Origin: a virus
DNA: 64,000 bases
Reading direction: 5' to 3' (one strand)
Virus record (IMG/VR): IMGVR_UViG_3300028920_000035
Location: 1-64,000 of that record
This document shows, piece after piece, positions 1 to 7,783 of the stretch. Numbering within the stretch: position 1 is the first letter of the stretch; each line of letters starts with the position of its first letter. Position numbers and translations under genes: made by a program. The notes under the pieces are model-generated. The model was not told the origin of the DNA. It saw only the letters and a program-made list of their open reading frames with translations, and did not search any database.

Positions 1-2
1 CC

Positions 3-512
3 CTCATCTACCGCGGGGCGGGTGGAATTGCTCGGGGCACGAGTGCCCTTCTCTGGAGCATCCCCGATGTAATTCGGGGGTCGAGCCTGATGTTCGGTGA
101 CCCCGTCGTCGAGCGGGCTCTACCCCCCATCAAAGCTATCCTCCCCCCACCCAAGCAGTTTCGGTATGGCCAGCGCCTGACTCGGGGGGGCCTGAGCATC
201 TACTTGTGCAATCAGGCGGGGCCCATCATCCCAGCCCACATCAGCTTCACCTTGTATCAAGTGCGATCGGATGGGTCCCGTTTTCGGGTGGGCCCCAAGG
301 ATCGAATCCCCGTCCCAGGCTCGATCGGCGAGTTCTACGTGACCGGGAGCGCAGGCGAGTGTGGGCAGCCTGGTTGTTGGCAGATCGAGTGGGTCGTCCA
401 ACAGAACGGATTGTCCCCTGTGCAGACCAGAAGGATGGACTTCTTGGTCGTTGATGCTGCGGCTTCCCCCTGCGACAATACTCCAAGGGTCAGGAAGTAC
501 GGGTGGAGTTGA
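3..512 (+). CDS. 5'-truncated putative virion protein (beta-rich, paralogous to the N-terminus of the next gene)
   Basis: Frame is open from nt 3 (LIYRGAGGIARG...) into the 90..512 ORF, so the true start is probably upstream of the window. FRYGQRLTRGGLSIYLCNQAG...ISFTLY...GEFYV aligns with LYRGQQLGPTDLDIYLANSSG...IHYALY...GHYYA of the next gene. Confidence 0.7.
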   Translation, partial: LIYRGAGGIARGTSALLWSIPDVIRGSSLMFGDPVVERALPPIKAILPPPKQFRYGQRLTRGGLSIYLCNQAGPIIPAHISFTLYQVRSDGSRFRVGPKDRIPVPGSIGEFYVTGSAGECGQPGCWQIEWVVQQNGLSPVQTRRMDFLVVDAAASPCDNTPRVRKYGWS

Positions 513-515
513 ACG

Positions 516-1406
516 ATGAGCGTCGCATTGTATCGAGGTCAGCAGTTGGGTCCCACCGACCTGGACATCTACCTGGCGAATAGCTCTGGGCGCCCGACGG
601 ACGCAGCTGAGATCCACTACGCCCTGTACGACTTCACGACGGGCCAAGAAGTATTGCTGGGGGTGCCCCGCCGTGAGCCTGGGCACCCTTCCGTTGGCCA
701 CTACTACGCGAGCGTCGTGATTCCCCTCGATGCCCGGCTGGGTGACTATCGCATCCGGTGGACCTTTCGAGAGACCATCGGTGGGCCTGTTCAGCAGGTT
801 GTGCAGGAGTTCACTGTGGTGGACAAGGTGATTGACAATACCAGTGATCTCACGGTTTGCCAGCGAGCCATGGTTCATTCCCTGCGCATTCTGCTTCGGG
901 ACAACTCCCCGGACCGGAATTACCATTTCCGCCCACCCACCCACGAGAACACGATCACCCAGTACAACCGGGTCTTCGGTTTCATCTGGGAGGATGACGA
1001 ACTGGTTGAGTACCTTAATCGCGCGCTCGACATGATCAGCGCGGCCCCGCCGCGGACGGTCATAATGAGCTGTGAGCAGCTCTACCAGCAGTTTCCCGAG
1101 TGGCGGACCTTGGCGCTCAACGGGGCAATGATGCACGCGCTCATGGCGCTGACCCTCAACTGGATTGCCGACGAGTTTGACTACTCGATCGGTGGGGTCA
1201 GTTTGGCCATCGAGAAGTCGAGCAAGTACGAGAGTGCCTACGGAAACCTCCGGGACAGCTTCGAGTCTCAGCTGGAAAAGGCCAAGCAAACCATCAAGAT
1301 CGTCAAGGGTTTGCAGCAGCCTCGCTTTGGCACCGGCATACGTAGTGCGTTTGGCCCCTATGTAGGTCGAGGTGCTATGAGTCCCCGAAAGTTCGTGTCA
1401 TTCTAA
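516..1406 (+). CDS. Putative neck / head-tail connector protein
   Basis: 296 aa. Beta-rich N-domain plus helical C-domain (WEDDELVEYLNRALDMIS...DYSIGGVSLAI) like head-tail adaptors; first in the neck cluster. Function inferred from position. Confidence 0.55.
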   Translation: MSVALYRGQQLGPTDLDIYLANSSGRPTDAAEIHYALYDFTTGQEVLLGVPRREPGHPSVGHYYASVVIPLDARLGDYRIRWTFRETIGGPVQQVVQEFTVVDKVIDNTSDLTVCQRAMVHSLRILLRDNSPDRNYHFRPPTHENTITQYNRVFGFIWEDDELVEYLNRALDMISAAPPRTVIMSCEQLYQQFPEWRTLALNGAMMHALMALTLNWIADEFDYSIGGVSLAIEKSSKYESAYGNLRDSFESQLEKAKQTIKIVKGLQQPRFGTGIRSAFGPYVGRGAMSPRKFVSF

Positions 1407-1416
1407 GGGTATTGGT

Positions 1417-1426
1417 GGTGTAATTT
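1417..1426 (+). promoter_or_regulatory. GGTG-TAnnnT putative -10 promoter element
   Basis: GGTGTAATTT in the intergenic gap; same pattern at 13922 and 16024. Confidence 0.35.
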
Positions 1427-1435
1427 TGGGGGTGT

Positions 1436-1684
1436 ATGTCCCCAGGAGGTGATCCGAAAGCCTTGTCCCGAGGGCGGCAAGGGGCAGCTCGAAAGAGGCG
1501 GCAAGGTGCACTTGAGCGGTGTATCTTCTGCAAACGTGACCCTGAGCATCACCACAGGGGGTGCCCCTTGGCCTCCAATTGCGATGTCCGACGGCGCTTG
1601 TTGCAGCGGCACCAAGTGGACTTGCTGCCGTTCATGATGGTGTTGAGGGTCTTGTCCAAATGCGAAAGCGGCGACGATGAGTGA
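1436..1684 (+). CDS. Small Cys/His-rich hypothetical protein (possible Zn-binding)
   Basis: 82 aa with CIFC...HHH..C; its stop overlaps the next start (ATGAGTGA). A competing 62-aa frame (1449..1637) exists. Confidence 0.45.
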   Translation: MSPGGDPKALSRGRQGAARKRRQGALERCIFCKRDPEHHHRGCPLASNCDVRRRLLQRHQVDLLPFMMVLRVLSKCESGDDE

Positions 1685-2015
1685 TGAACAGCAGTCAAAA
1701 CGCCTGACTCCCGATGATCCTCTCTCCCGAGAGGAGATGGCCCAGCTGGATCTGCTGGAGGATGCCTACCAGCAAGTGGGGCGGCGCATGCTCGACATTG
1801 AGCTGGAGAAGGTGCAAATACTGGCCGCGGGGCGTCGGTTGCGAGGGCAGCGGATGGAACTATTTGATAATATCCTCGTCAACCGGGGATTGGACCCGAA
1901 GACTCCCTGTGAAGTTGACCCTCGAACCCACCGGCTCCATGTCCTGGCAAGCCCCAAGGAGGAGTCCGAAGTTCCGCAGGAGGCCCCTCCGGAGCCTGAG
2001 TCCTCCAAGGAGTGA
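1677..2015 (+). CDS. Hypothetical coiled-coil protein
   Basis: 112 aa, typical codon bias, helical heptads, acidic/Pro-rich tail. Confidence 0.75.
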   Translation: MSDEQQSKRLTPDDPLSREEMAQLDLLEDAYQQVGRRMLDIELEKVQILAAGRRLRGQRMELFDNILVNRGLDPKTPCEVDPRTHRLHVLASPKEESEVPQEAPPEPESSKE

Positions 2016-2049
2016 CCTGCGCTTCCATCTATGGCACCCTTCTTGAAGG

Positions 2050-3405
2050 ATGCCCTACGCGAGCCAACGAGATCGACGGCCTCACCAGCTCGAACTGGAG
2101 TCCACTCCGTGGCCCGTGGCCCCGCTCAATCTGTCCCTTCAGAGTGGCTACGAGCCTGGCGTCTACGAGCTGACCTGGGATAACCCGGCCTACCAGGGGC
2201 TGAACGCCAAGTTTAGCATTCTGGGGGTTAACCTCTATCGGAGTTTCGACAGTGAGTTCGGGCCCTACGAGCGGATCAGTGAGTTGCCGATTGGTGCCAT
2301 GTTTTGGCGGGACCGGACCGACGTGGTGGTCGTGCCGGACGAGGACGTGACCGGGAGCTTCATCATCAACGGGGTGGCGGGCAATCAATACCCAACGACC
2401 CACCGCTACGTTTTCCGCACAGCCGCCCCCATCGTCAAGTCCGGCAGTCAAGGCGTCCCAGCGCACGAGCCCACGGATGTGGTGGTTTGCATCGACGGCG
2501 TGCCGACGCGGGTCATCAACGTCCACGGTGAGCGCGGCGAAGTCGAGATTGACCCGGACCTCTACCACCAGGTCGCCACCCAGAGCGTCGAAGAGCGTGT
2601 CCTACCGGGGCCTGGGCGCCGGGTAACATGCACCTACCGGTGTATGAAGAACTTGCTCCGAACTGACCTGATGCGGCGGGTCTTCTATCGCATCACGACC
2701 GTGGGTATGGTGCCTTGCGACACCCCTTGCTCCGACCCAGCGTCTCTCTTGGAGACCCCCTTGGACCGGGCCGCCTTTACCTCGAACCACGAGGTCGAGA
2801 AGATCGATTGGGCTTGGTCTGAGGCCATTCGGCGCAACCGTTGGATTCTTGATCAGGGTGGCGAGCGGGTGAAGGTGTTCATCCGCAAGACCCATGGGCC
2901 TTCCTGTCCTTGTGTCCAGTTTGACCACCACAAGCAGCCCCAGAACGACTGTCATACCTGCTACGGGGTGGGGGTCTTGGGCGGCTATGAAGGGCCCTAC
3001 GACATCGTGATTGCCCCTGACGATGCCGAGCGTCGAATCGCTCAGCGGGAGACAGGACGTACGGTCGAGCACACCTATGAGGTCTTCACGGGCCCAAGCC
3101 CTATCCTTTCGATGCGGGATTTCATCTGCAAGGTCAACGGGGAGCGGTACTCGATCGGGCCAGTACGTTTCCCCAGCAACCGTGGCAACGTGCTCCAGCA
3201 GCACTTCAACATCGGTCACCTCGACGAGAAGGACATCCGCTACCAAGTTCCGGTCAGGCCTGTACTGATCGAGGGTGCCAACCGGGTCGTACCCTCAATT
3301 CCAGCGCATAATGCCCCACCCGAGATCCAGACGGAGAAGGGTAACATTCCGGATGAGCGGGAGTTGCGTGGGCACACCACCACCTGGAAGAATATAACCT
3401 ACTGA
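2050..3405 (+). CDS. Putative neck / head-completion protein with N-terminal Fn3-like domain and Zn-binding motif
   Basis: 451 aa. PVAPLNLSL...ELTWDNP...GVNLYRS is Fn3-like; GERVKVFIRKTHGPSCPC...CHTCYGVG..GGY resembles large-phage head-closure proteins; neck cluster context. Confidence 0.55.
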   Translation: MPYASQRDRRPHQLELESTPWPVAPLNLSLQSGYEPGVYELTWDNPAYQGLNAKFSILGVNLYRSFDSEFGPYERISELPIGAMFWRDRTDVVVVPDEDVTGSFIINGVAGNQYPTTHRYVFRTAAPIVKSGSQGVPAHEPTDVVVCIDGVPTRVINVHGERGEVEIDPDLYHQVATQSVEERVLPGPGRRVTCTYRCMKNLLRTDLMRRVFYRITTVGMVPCDTPCSDPASLLETPLDRAAFTSNHEVEKIDWAWSEAIRRNRWILDQGGERVKVFIRKTHGPSCPCVQFDHHKQPQNDCHTCYGVGVLGGYEGPYDIVIAPDDAERRIAQRETGRTVEHTYEVFTGPSPILSMRDFICKVNGERYSIGPVRFPSNRGNVLQQHFNIGHLDEKDIRYQVPVRPVLIEGANRVVPSIPAHNAPPEIQTEKGNIPDERELRGHTTTWKNITY

Positions 3406-3920
3406 TGATCGGGACCCCCACCATCAAGATCGCTGGCCGGGTCAACTTCAAGCCTCTGGTTCCAGACGCCATCACGGAGGACCTCGACACCAAGAAGGTG
3501 CTGAGGGCTCTGGGGCGAGAGATTGCTCGCCGGTTCAAGCGAGGCATTGAGGACGAACACTTCAGCAACGCGGCCAAGGACCGCCTGAAGGAATCGATTG
3601 GCATCAAGGTGGGCGACAGCAGCGTGACCATCGTTGCTAAGCACAAGGCGTTCCTGCCCTTGCTGGAAGGTCAAAAGCCTGGGCAGATGCGGTGGCTGGT
3701 CAAGGCCCAGCGGCCGATTCCCATCATTACCGACGATGGCGAACTAATCTTCCGCAGCGCGACGGCCCGCTCGATGGAGAATGGATCCTGGTACCACCCC
3801 GGCCGTGGGGGCACCACCTACCTTCAACGCGTACGCAAGGAGGCTCGGGCCGTTATCCGGGAGCGCATACGCCGGGAGCTACAGCGTTCGGTTCGTCGCT
3901 GGTATGTGAAGACAGGATGA
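3405..3920 (+). CDS. Putative neck / tail-completion protein (HK97 gp10-like fold possible)
   Basis: 171 aa, basic, RLKESI...HPG...YLQR pattern of gp10-like virion morphogenesis proteins; translationally coupled. Confidence 0.45.
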   Translation: MIGTPTIKIAGRVNFKPLVPDAITEDLDTKKVLRALGREIARRFKRGIEDEHFSNAAKDRLKESIGIKVGDSSVTIVAKHKAFLPLLEGQKPGQMRWLVKAQRPIPIITDDGELIFRSATARSMENGSWYHPGRGGTTYLQRVRKEARAVIRERIRRELQRSVRRWYVKTG

Positions 3921-4492
3921 GTCATCGCGATGGAATCACCGTGGTGGGCCGCGTCACCGGAAGGCACCCAATCAAGGACCTGCGAACGGATATCCCATTC
4001 AATGTGGCGGTTACGTTCACCAACGACCAGAGGCTACGGTCTCGTGACCTTCAGATCGCTATCCAGCAGGGGTGGGTCACGGTTCTCGATGGGACCGTTC
4101 AGGCCAGCAACCACCTTCCACCCCCACCGGACTACCTCCCTGATGATCGGCTGGAGCGCCTGGAGAAAGAGAATCGGGAGCTAAGGGAGGAGCTGCTGGC
4201 CGAACGGGAAGAGAAGCGGGTCCTACGGTCGTCTCTGAACGCCCTCCAGAATCGCCTGGGCGATGTTTTGGCTGCGGTGGAGCGCCTGGGCCAGGGTCAG
4301 GTTGTCCAGGTCGTCCAGGGGGCGGTAGGCGCCCCCGCGGGTCCTGTGGGCGCCTCCTCCGCGCCCATGTACGTCCCCGATCTCGGGGCTGTGGAAGTTG
4401 AAGAGTCCCGGGTGGAGGTCGAGACCAAGGAGGGCACTTCCGTGTCGGCGGCACGCAACGCCCTCAAGAAACTCCGTTCGGGCCAGGCTTGA
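3917..4492 (+). CDS. Coiled-coil protein (candidate adaptor of the actin-like ATPase)
   Basis: ATG overlaps the previous stop (ATGA 3917-3920); 191 aa. Small N-domain, long heptad coil (RLERLEKENRELREEL...LQNRLGDVLAAVERL), short basic C-terminal helix (SVSAARNALKKLRS). Confidence 0.75.
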   Translation: MSHRDGITVVGRVTGRHPIKDLRTDIPFNVAVTFTNDQRLRSRDLQIAIQQGWVTVLDGTVQASNHLPPPPDYLPDDRLERLEKENRELREELLAEREEKRVLRSSLNALQNRLGDVLAAVERLGQGQVVQVVQGAVGAPAGPVGASSAPMYVPDLGAVEVEESRVEVETKEGTSVSAARNALKKLRSGQA

Positions 4493-4532
4493 CCTTCTTT
4501 TGATGGCGCCTCCCCTGGTGGGAGACCGTCTC

Positions 4533-5234
4533 ATGCATTCTACTCAGCGCCGCCTACTCCGCACCGCCCGCAAACTAGCTTGTGACTGTGGGGGAGGCGA
4601 TCAGATTGTCGATTCGATTGAAGCCGTATGGCAGGACCCCACCCAGTTCAGTCTCAGCAAGAACGGGCCCCCCTACTTCAAGCTCGCGTCCGAAGACGAC
4701 CGGGCAGGGATCGTTAAAGAAGCCGCTGAGCGGGCAGGTACCGCTAAGGAGCTGCTCAACTGGGTGGCTTCCTGGGATACAGTTGAAGCTCCCTACGCAC
4801 CGTTGGTCCACCTGCTTGTGATCTACAAGGCGGTTTTCCATATCCACCAGACCCACCATTGGCTGACCAGCGGGCCCTCGTACTATGGGGACCATTTACT
4901 GTTCCAACGGCTCTACGAAGAGCTGGACGACCTCATCGACGGCATTGCCGAGCGCTCCATCGGTTTGAATGGACCCATCGTCGATCCGGTCGACCTTGCC
5001 ATGCGGATCGGGATGGTGGTTAAGTTCATCTACCCCCAAGATCCGAACATGGACCCCTCGGAGTTGGCGGAACGAAGTCGATCGGTGGTTTTGATGGGCA
5101 TCCAAGCCATTCGCGTCGTCATCGAGCATTTGAAGTCCAAGGACTTGATGACTGCGGGCCTTGACGACCTTTTGCCTGCCCACGCAGGGGTCTTTGAGAG
5201 CCATGCTTACCTCACACGACAACGTGTGTCATAA
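4533..5234 (+). CDS. Dps/ferritin-like protein with N-terminal extension
   Basis: HQTHHWLTSGPSYYGDHLLFQRLYEELDDLIDGIAERSIGL matches the Dps ferroxidase signature (HW..xG...xH..F...Y......D..AER...L). ATG 4533 follows GGGAG. Confidence 0.8.
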   Translation: MHSTQRRLLRTARKLACDCGGGDQIVDSIEAVWQDPTQFSLSKNGPPYFKLASEDDRAGIVKEAAERAGTAKELLNWVASWDTVEAPYAPLVHLLVIYKAVFHIHQTHHWLTSGPSYYGDHLLFQRLYEELDDLIDGIAERSIGLNGPIVDPVDLAMRIGMVVKFIYPQDPNMDPSELAERSRSVVLMGIQAIRVVIEHLKSKDLMTAGLDDLLPAHAGVFESHAYLTRQRVS

Positions 5235-5264
5235 ACCCCCAAATCAGATCAGATAGGAATCCCA

Positions 5265-6308
5265 ATGCAGAAGAAATCGGAATCCGAACTGCCTGGCGTC
5301 GGTCTTGACGTCGGGACCATGAACCTTGTGTCTGCCCGGGAGACGGGTGACCCGAAGTCCCCTAAGACCGTCACCAAGAACGTAAGGGATGCCTTTCTCG
5401 ACCTTGACCCCGACGCCAAGCGAGCCCTCAAGATGAGTGGGGTCAGCTACATCGTGCACAAGGGCCGTCTCATCGTGCTGGGCGATTCTGCCCTGACGAT
5501 GGCGAACTTGTTCAAGCGCGAGGCGCGACGACCTCTGTCGAAGGGCGTCATCTCGGCGGGTGAGTTGGACGCTCAGGAGATCCTCAGCCGTTTGGCCTAC
5601 CACGTGCTGGCGGATCCTGTCATCGACGGTGAGTTTTGCTACTACTCGGTCCCAGCAAACCCTGTGGACGAGCAAGGCCAGAACACATTCTACCACCAAG
5701 AGGTGTTCCGCAAGATCCTGAGCAACCTGGGGTACTCACCAAAGCCGATGAACGAGGCCCAGGCCATCATCTTCAGTCAGTGCGCTGACTACACCTTCAG
5801 TGGGATTGCGGTGAGCTTCGGAGCTGGGATGTGTAACATCTGCCTGAGCTATCGAGCCACCACGGTGTTTTCGTTCTCGATCGCCAAGGGCGGTGACTGG
5901 GTGGACACCAACGCGGGCCACGCCGTGGGCAAGACAGCCTCCCAGATGTGTGCCCTCAAGGAAAAGGGCATTGACCTTTCTCCCACGACAGACGACCGCG
6001 AGTCCGAAGCGATCATGTTCTACCTTCGCGCGCTCATCGGCTATTGCCTGCGCGGGGTCGCTGACGAGTTCAACAAGCGCCGAGGGGATGTGGACCTACC
6101 TGATGCCATCCCTATCGTTGTGTCAGGCGGGACCAGCAAGGCGCACGGGTTCCTCGACCTCTTCAAAGAAGAGTTTCAAAGCCTTCGTCAGCAAGGATTC
6201 CCCATCAAAGTCAGTGACATTCGAGCGGCTACTGACCCGCTCACAGCTGTAGCCGAAGGGCTACTGGTGCTCGCTCGAGACGAGCACTCCGAGGAGAAGG
6301 AAGAATGA
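5265..6308 (+). CDS. Actin-fold ATPase (MreB/MamK superfamily; volactin-like)
   Basis: 347 aa with all actin motifs: phosphate-1 GLDVGT, YSVPA, connect-1 MNEAQAII, phosphate-2 SFGAGMCN, KGGDWVD, adenosine VVSGGTS, connect-2 DPLTAVAEG. Confidence 0.9.
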   Translation: MQKKSESELPGVGLDVGTMNLVSARETGDPKSPKTVTKNVRDAFLDLDPDAKRALKMSGVSYIVHKGRLIVLGDSALTMANLFKREARRPLSKGVISAGELDAQEILSRLAYHVLADPVIDGEFCYYSVPANPVDEQGQNTFYHQEVFRKILSNLGYSPKPMNEAQAIIFSQCADYTFSGIAVSFGAGMCNICLSYRATTVFSFSIAKGGDWVDTNAGHAVGKTASQMCALKEKGIDLSPTTDDRESEAIMFYLRALIGYCLRGVADEFNKRRGDVDLPDAIPIVVSGGTSKAHGFLDLFKEEFQSLRQQGFPIKVSDIRAATDPLTAVAEGLLVLARDEHSEEKEE

Positions 6309-7783
6309 TTCGATTCCCCAAAATCGGTCGTGTTTTTTCCTCCCCCGAGGCCCTCAAGCGGTATTTACAAGAGCATCCGAAGGCAGACCCTTCCAAGCAC
6401 TCTGTCAGGGGTAAGCCCAAGGGTGATAAGCCCAAGGGTGATAAGCCCAAGGACGATAAGGGGAAGGACGATAAGCCCAAGGACGATAAGGGGGAGGGGG
6501 AATCCAAGGGTGATGGGGGGAAGCCGGAAAAGGGGGCTCTCGATAGTGCTATTGATGAGGCCATCCACACTTTCCTCCGCCAGAAGAATCTGACCGAGGG
6601 GCAAAAGAAGCGCGTGCTGGAGCAGGCGATTTCTGACTCTGAGACGGAAAGCAAGGGAAAGGCCCGCAAACTGGTCAGGGACTTTTCCAAGGAAGAAGGG
6701 TTCGAGTCGCTGGAGGGACTGTCCAGTGCCGAACAAAGAAAGGTGATTGAAAGGGCATTGAAGATGGCAAACCAGCGTATTGCATCCCAGGCACAGAAGC
6801 TCGCATTGACAGACCCCAAGGCAGCCTATGATCTGTTGGATCAGGCATACTTTCCCACCGACAAGACCGCTCGTTTGAGAGTACTAGACCTTTCGGATGG
6901 GTATGCTGTGGAGGACACTGACGGAGGCATTTGGTGGCCTGATGACGATGCCCAGGAGGAGATTGCGGAGAGTCGAGACCCCGAACGATCTGCGCTTCAG
7001 ATGGCCCAGAGGCAGCCTCGTCGGGGCATCTGGAAAGATGCCGCTGTGCAGGCAGAAACCTTGGCATCTTCTAACCCCAAGGCAGCCTATGATCTGTTGG
7101 ATCAAGCCTACCTTTCCACCAACAACGCTGCCAAGGTTGCTCGGTCAGTACCCGATATTGATGTGGAGTTCGTAACTCCTCGATCCAACCAGGGTCAAAT
7201 GATCGAGGTTTCGTACTCTTTCTCAGCTGACGACGACGGTTACCTCTATAAGAAGGTGTTGAACCGTGGGTCAGGGAAGGTGACCTACTACCAGGTACAT
7301 GCTGAGGACGTGCGAGGTAAATGGGAGCCTTGGAACAGGGAACCTAAAGCTCGATTCAGGAAGCTGGCTGGTTTCTCCCAGAAGACGATGCGTGCTCACT
7401 TTGAGGAGTTCACCTACGAGGTGCTGAGTACGGTCTACGAGTACGTGGCCATGCTGCACCGTCGTATCAGCCGGCAGGAACGATTTCAGGATGTGCCAGG
7501 GTTCACCAACTGGGATATGTCCCAGAGCATCAGGGGATCCGGGAACGAAGCAGAGGGTCGTGTTTGGCTCAAGGGTGGCCTTGCCATGGACAACGGCATG
7601 GATGGTACCATCAACGTCAAGTTGACTCTGGTAGGTGATGGCGTGCAGCTCGAAGCACTGGACTATCGGACCTCTTTGGTGTCACGACGCTTCAAGTTGA
7701 CCAACACGGCATCCGGTATCGGCATGGCCGTGGGAGAGGCGTGGGAACGCAAGCTCACGGGTAGTGTGGATTACGGCGACTGA
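6305..7783 (+). CDS. Modular hypothetical protein (candidate head-internal polyprotein)
   Basis: 492 aa. K/D/G/P low-complexity linker, duplicated PKAAYDLLDQAY segment, several small domains separated by KLA/KTA/KVA motifs. Confidence 0.75.
   Translation: MIRFPKIGRVFSSPEALKRYLQEHPKADPSKHSVRGKPKGDKPKGDKPKDDKGKDDKPKDDKGEGESKGDGGKPEKGALDSAIDEAIHTFLRQKNLTEGQKKRVLEQAISDSETESKGKARKLVRDFSKEEGFESLEGLSSAEQRKVIERALKMANQRIASQAQKLALTDPKAAYDLLDQAYFPTDKTARLRVLDLSDGYAVEDTDGGIWWPDDDAQEEIAESRDPERSALQMAQRQPRRGIWKDAAVQAETLASSNPKAAYDLLDQAYLSTNNAAKVARSVPDIDVEFVTPRSNQGQMIEVSYSFSADDDGYLYKKVLNRGSGKVTYYQVHAEDVRGKWEPWNREPKARFRKLAGFSQKTMRAHFEEFTYEVLSTVYEYVAMLHRRISRQERFQDVPGFTNWDMSQSIRGSGNEAEGRVWLKGGLAMDNGMDGTINVKLTLVGDGVQLEALDYRTSLVSRRFKLTNTASGIGMAVGEAWERKLTGSVDYGD
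6412..6486 (+). repeat. 5 x 15-nt tandem repeat (TAAGCCCAAGG(GT/AC)GA) encoding KPKGD/KPKDD
   Basis: Units at 6412, 6427, 6442, 6457 (variant GGG) and 6472. Confidence 0.9.
6813..7104 (+). repeat. 31-nt identical direct repeat (ACCCCAAGGCAGCCTATGATCTGTTGGATCA) at 6813-6843 and 7074-7104
   Basis: Direct sequence comparison; copies 261 nt apart and in frame. Confidence 0.9.

Noticed and set aside
3692-4532. Longer ORF-track starts at 3692 and 4398 (also 42195, 57164, 57975, 59710)
   Set aside because: They overlap upstream genes or lack signals; downstream ATG/GTG starts with stop-start coupling or SD fit better.
5265-6308. Archaeal host implied by the volactin-like actin
   Set aside because: The tail lytic transglycosylase and sigma70-like -10 elements point to a bacterial host; host taxon cannot be determined from this window.
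5235-6500. ParMRC-type partition locus
   Set aside because: No intergenic iteron/parC array and no ribbon-helix-helix ParR-like gene next to the actin.
6412-7104. CRISPR array or attachment site
   Set aside because: Repeats are in-frame coding repeats; only two copies of the 31-mer, 261 nt apart; no cas or integrase genes.
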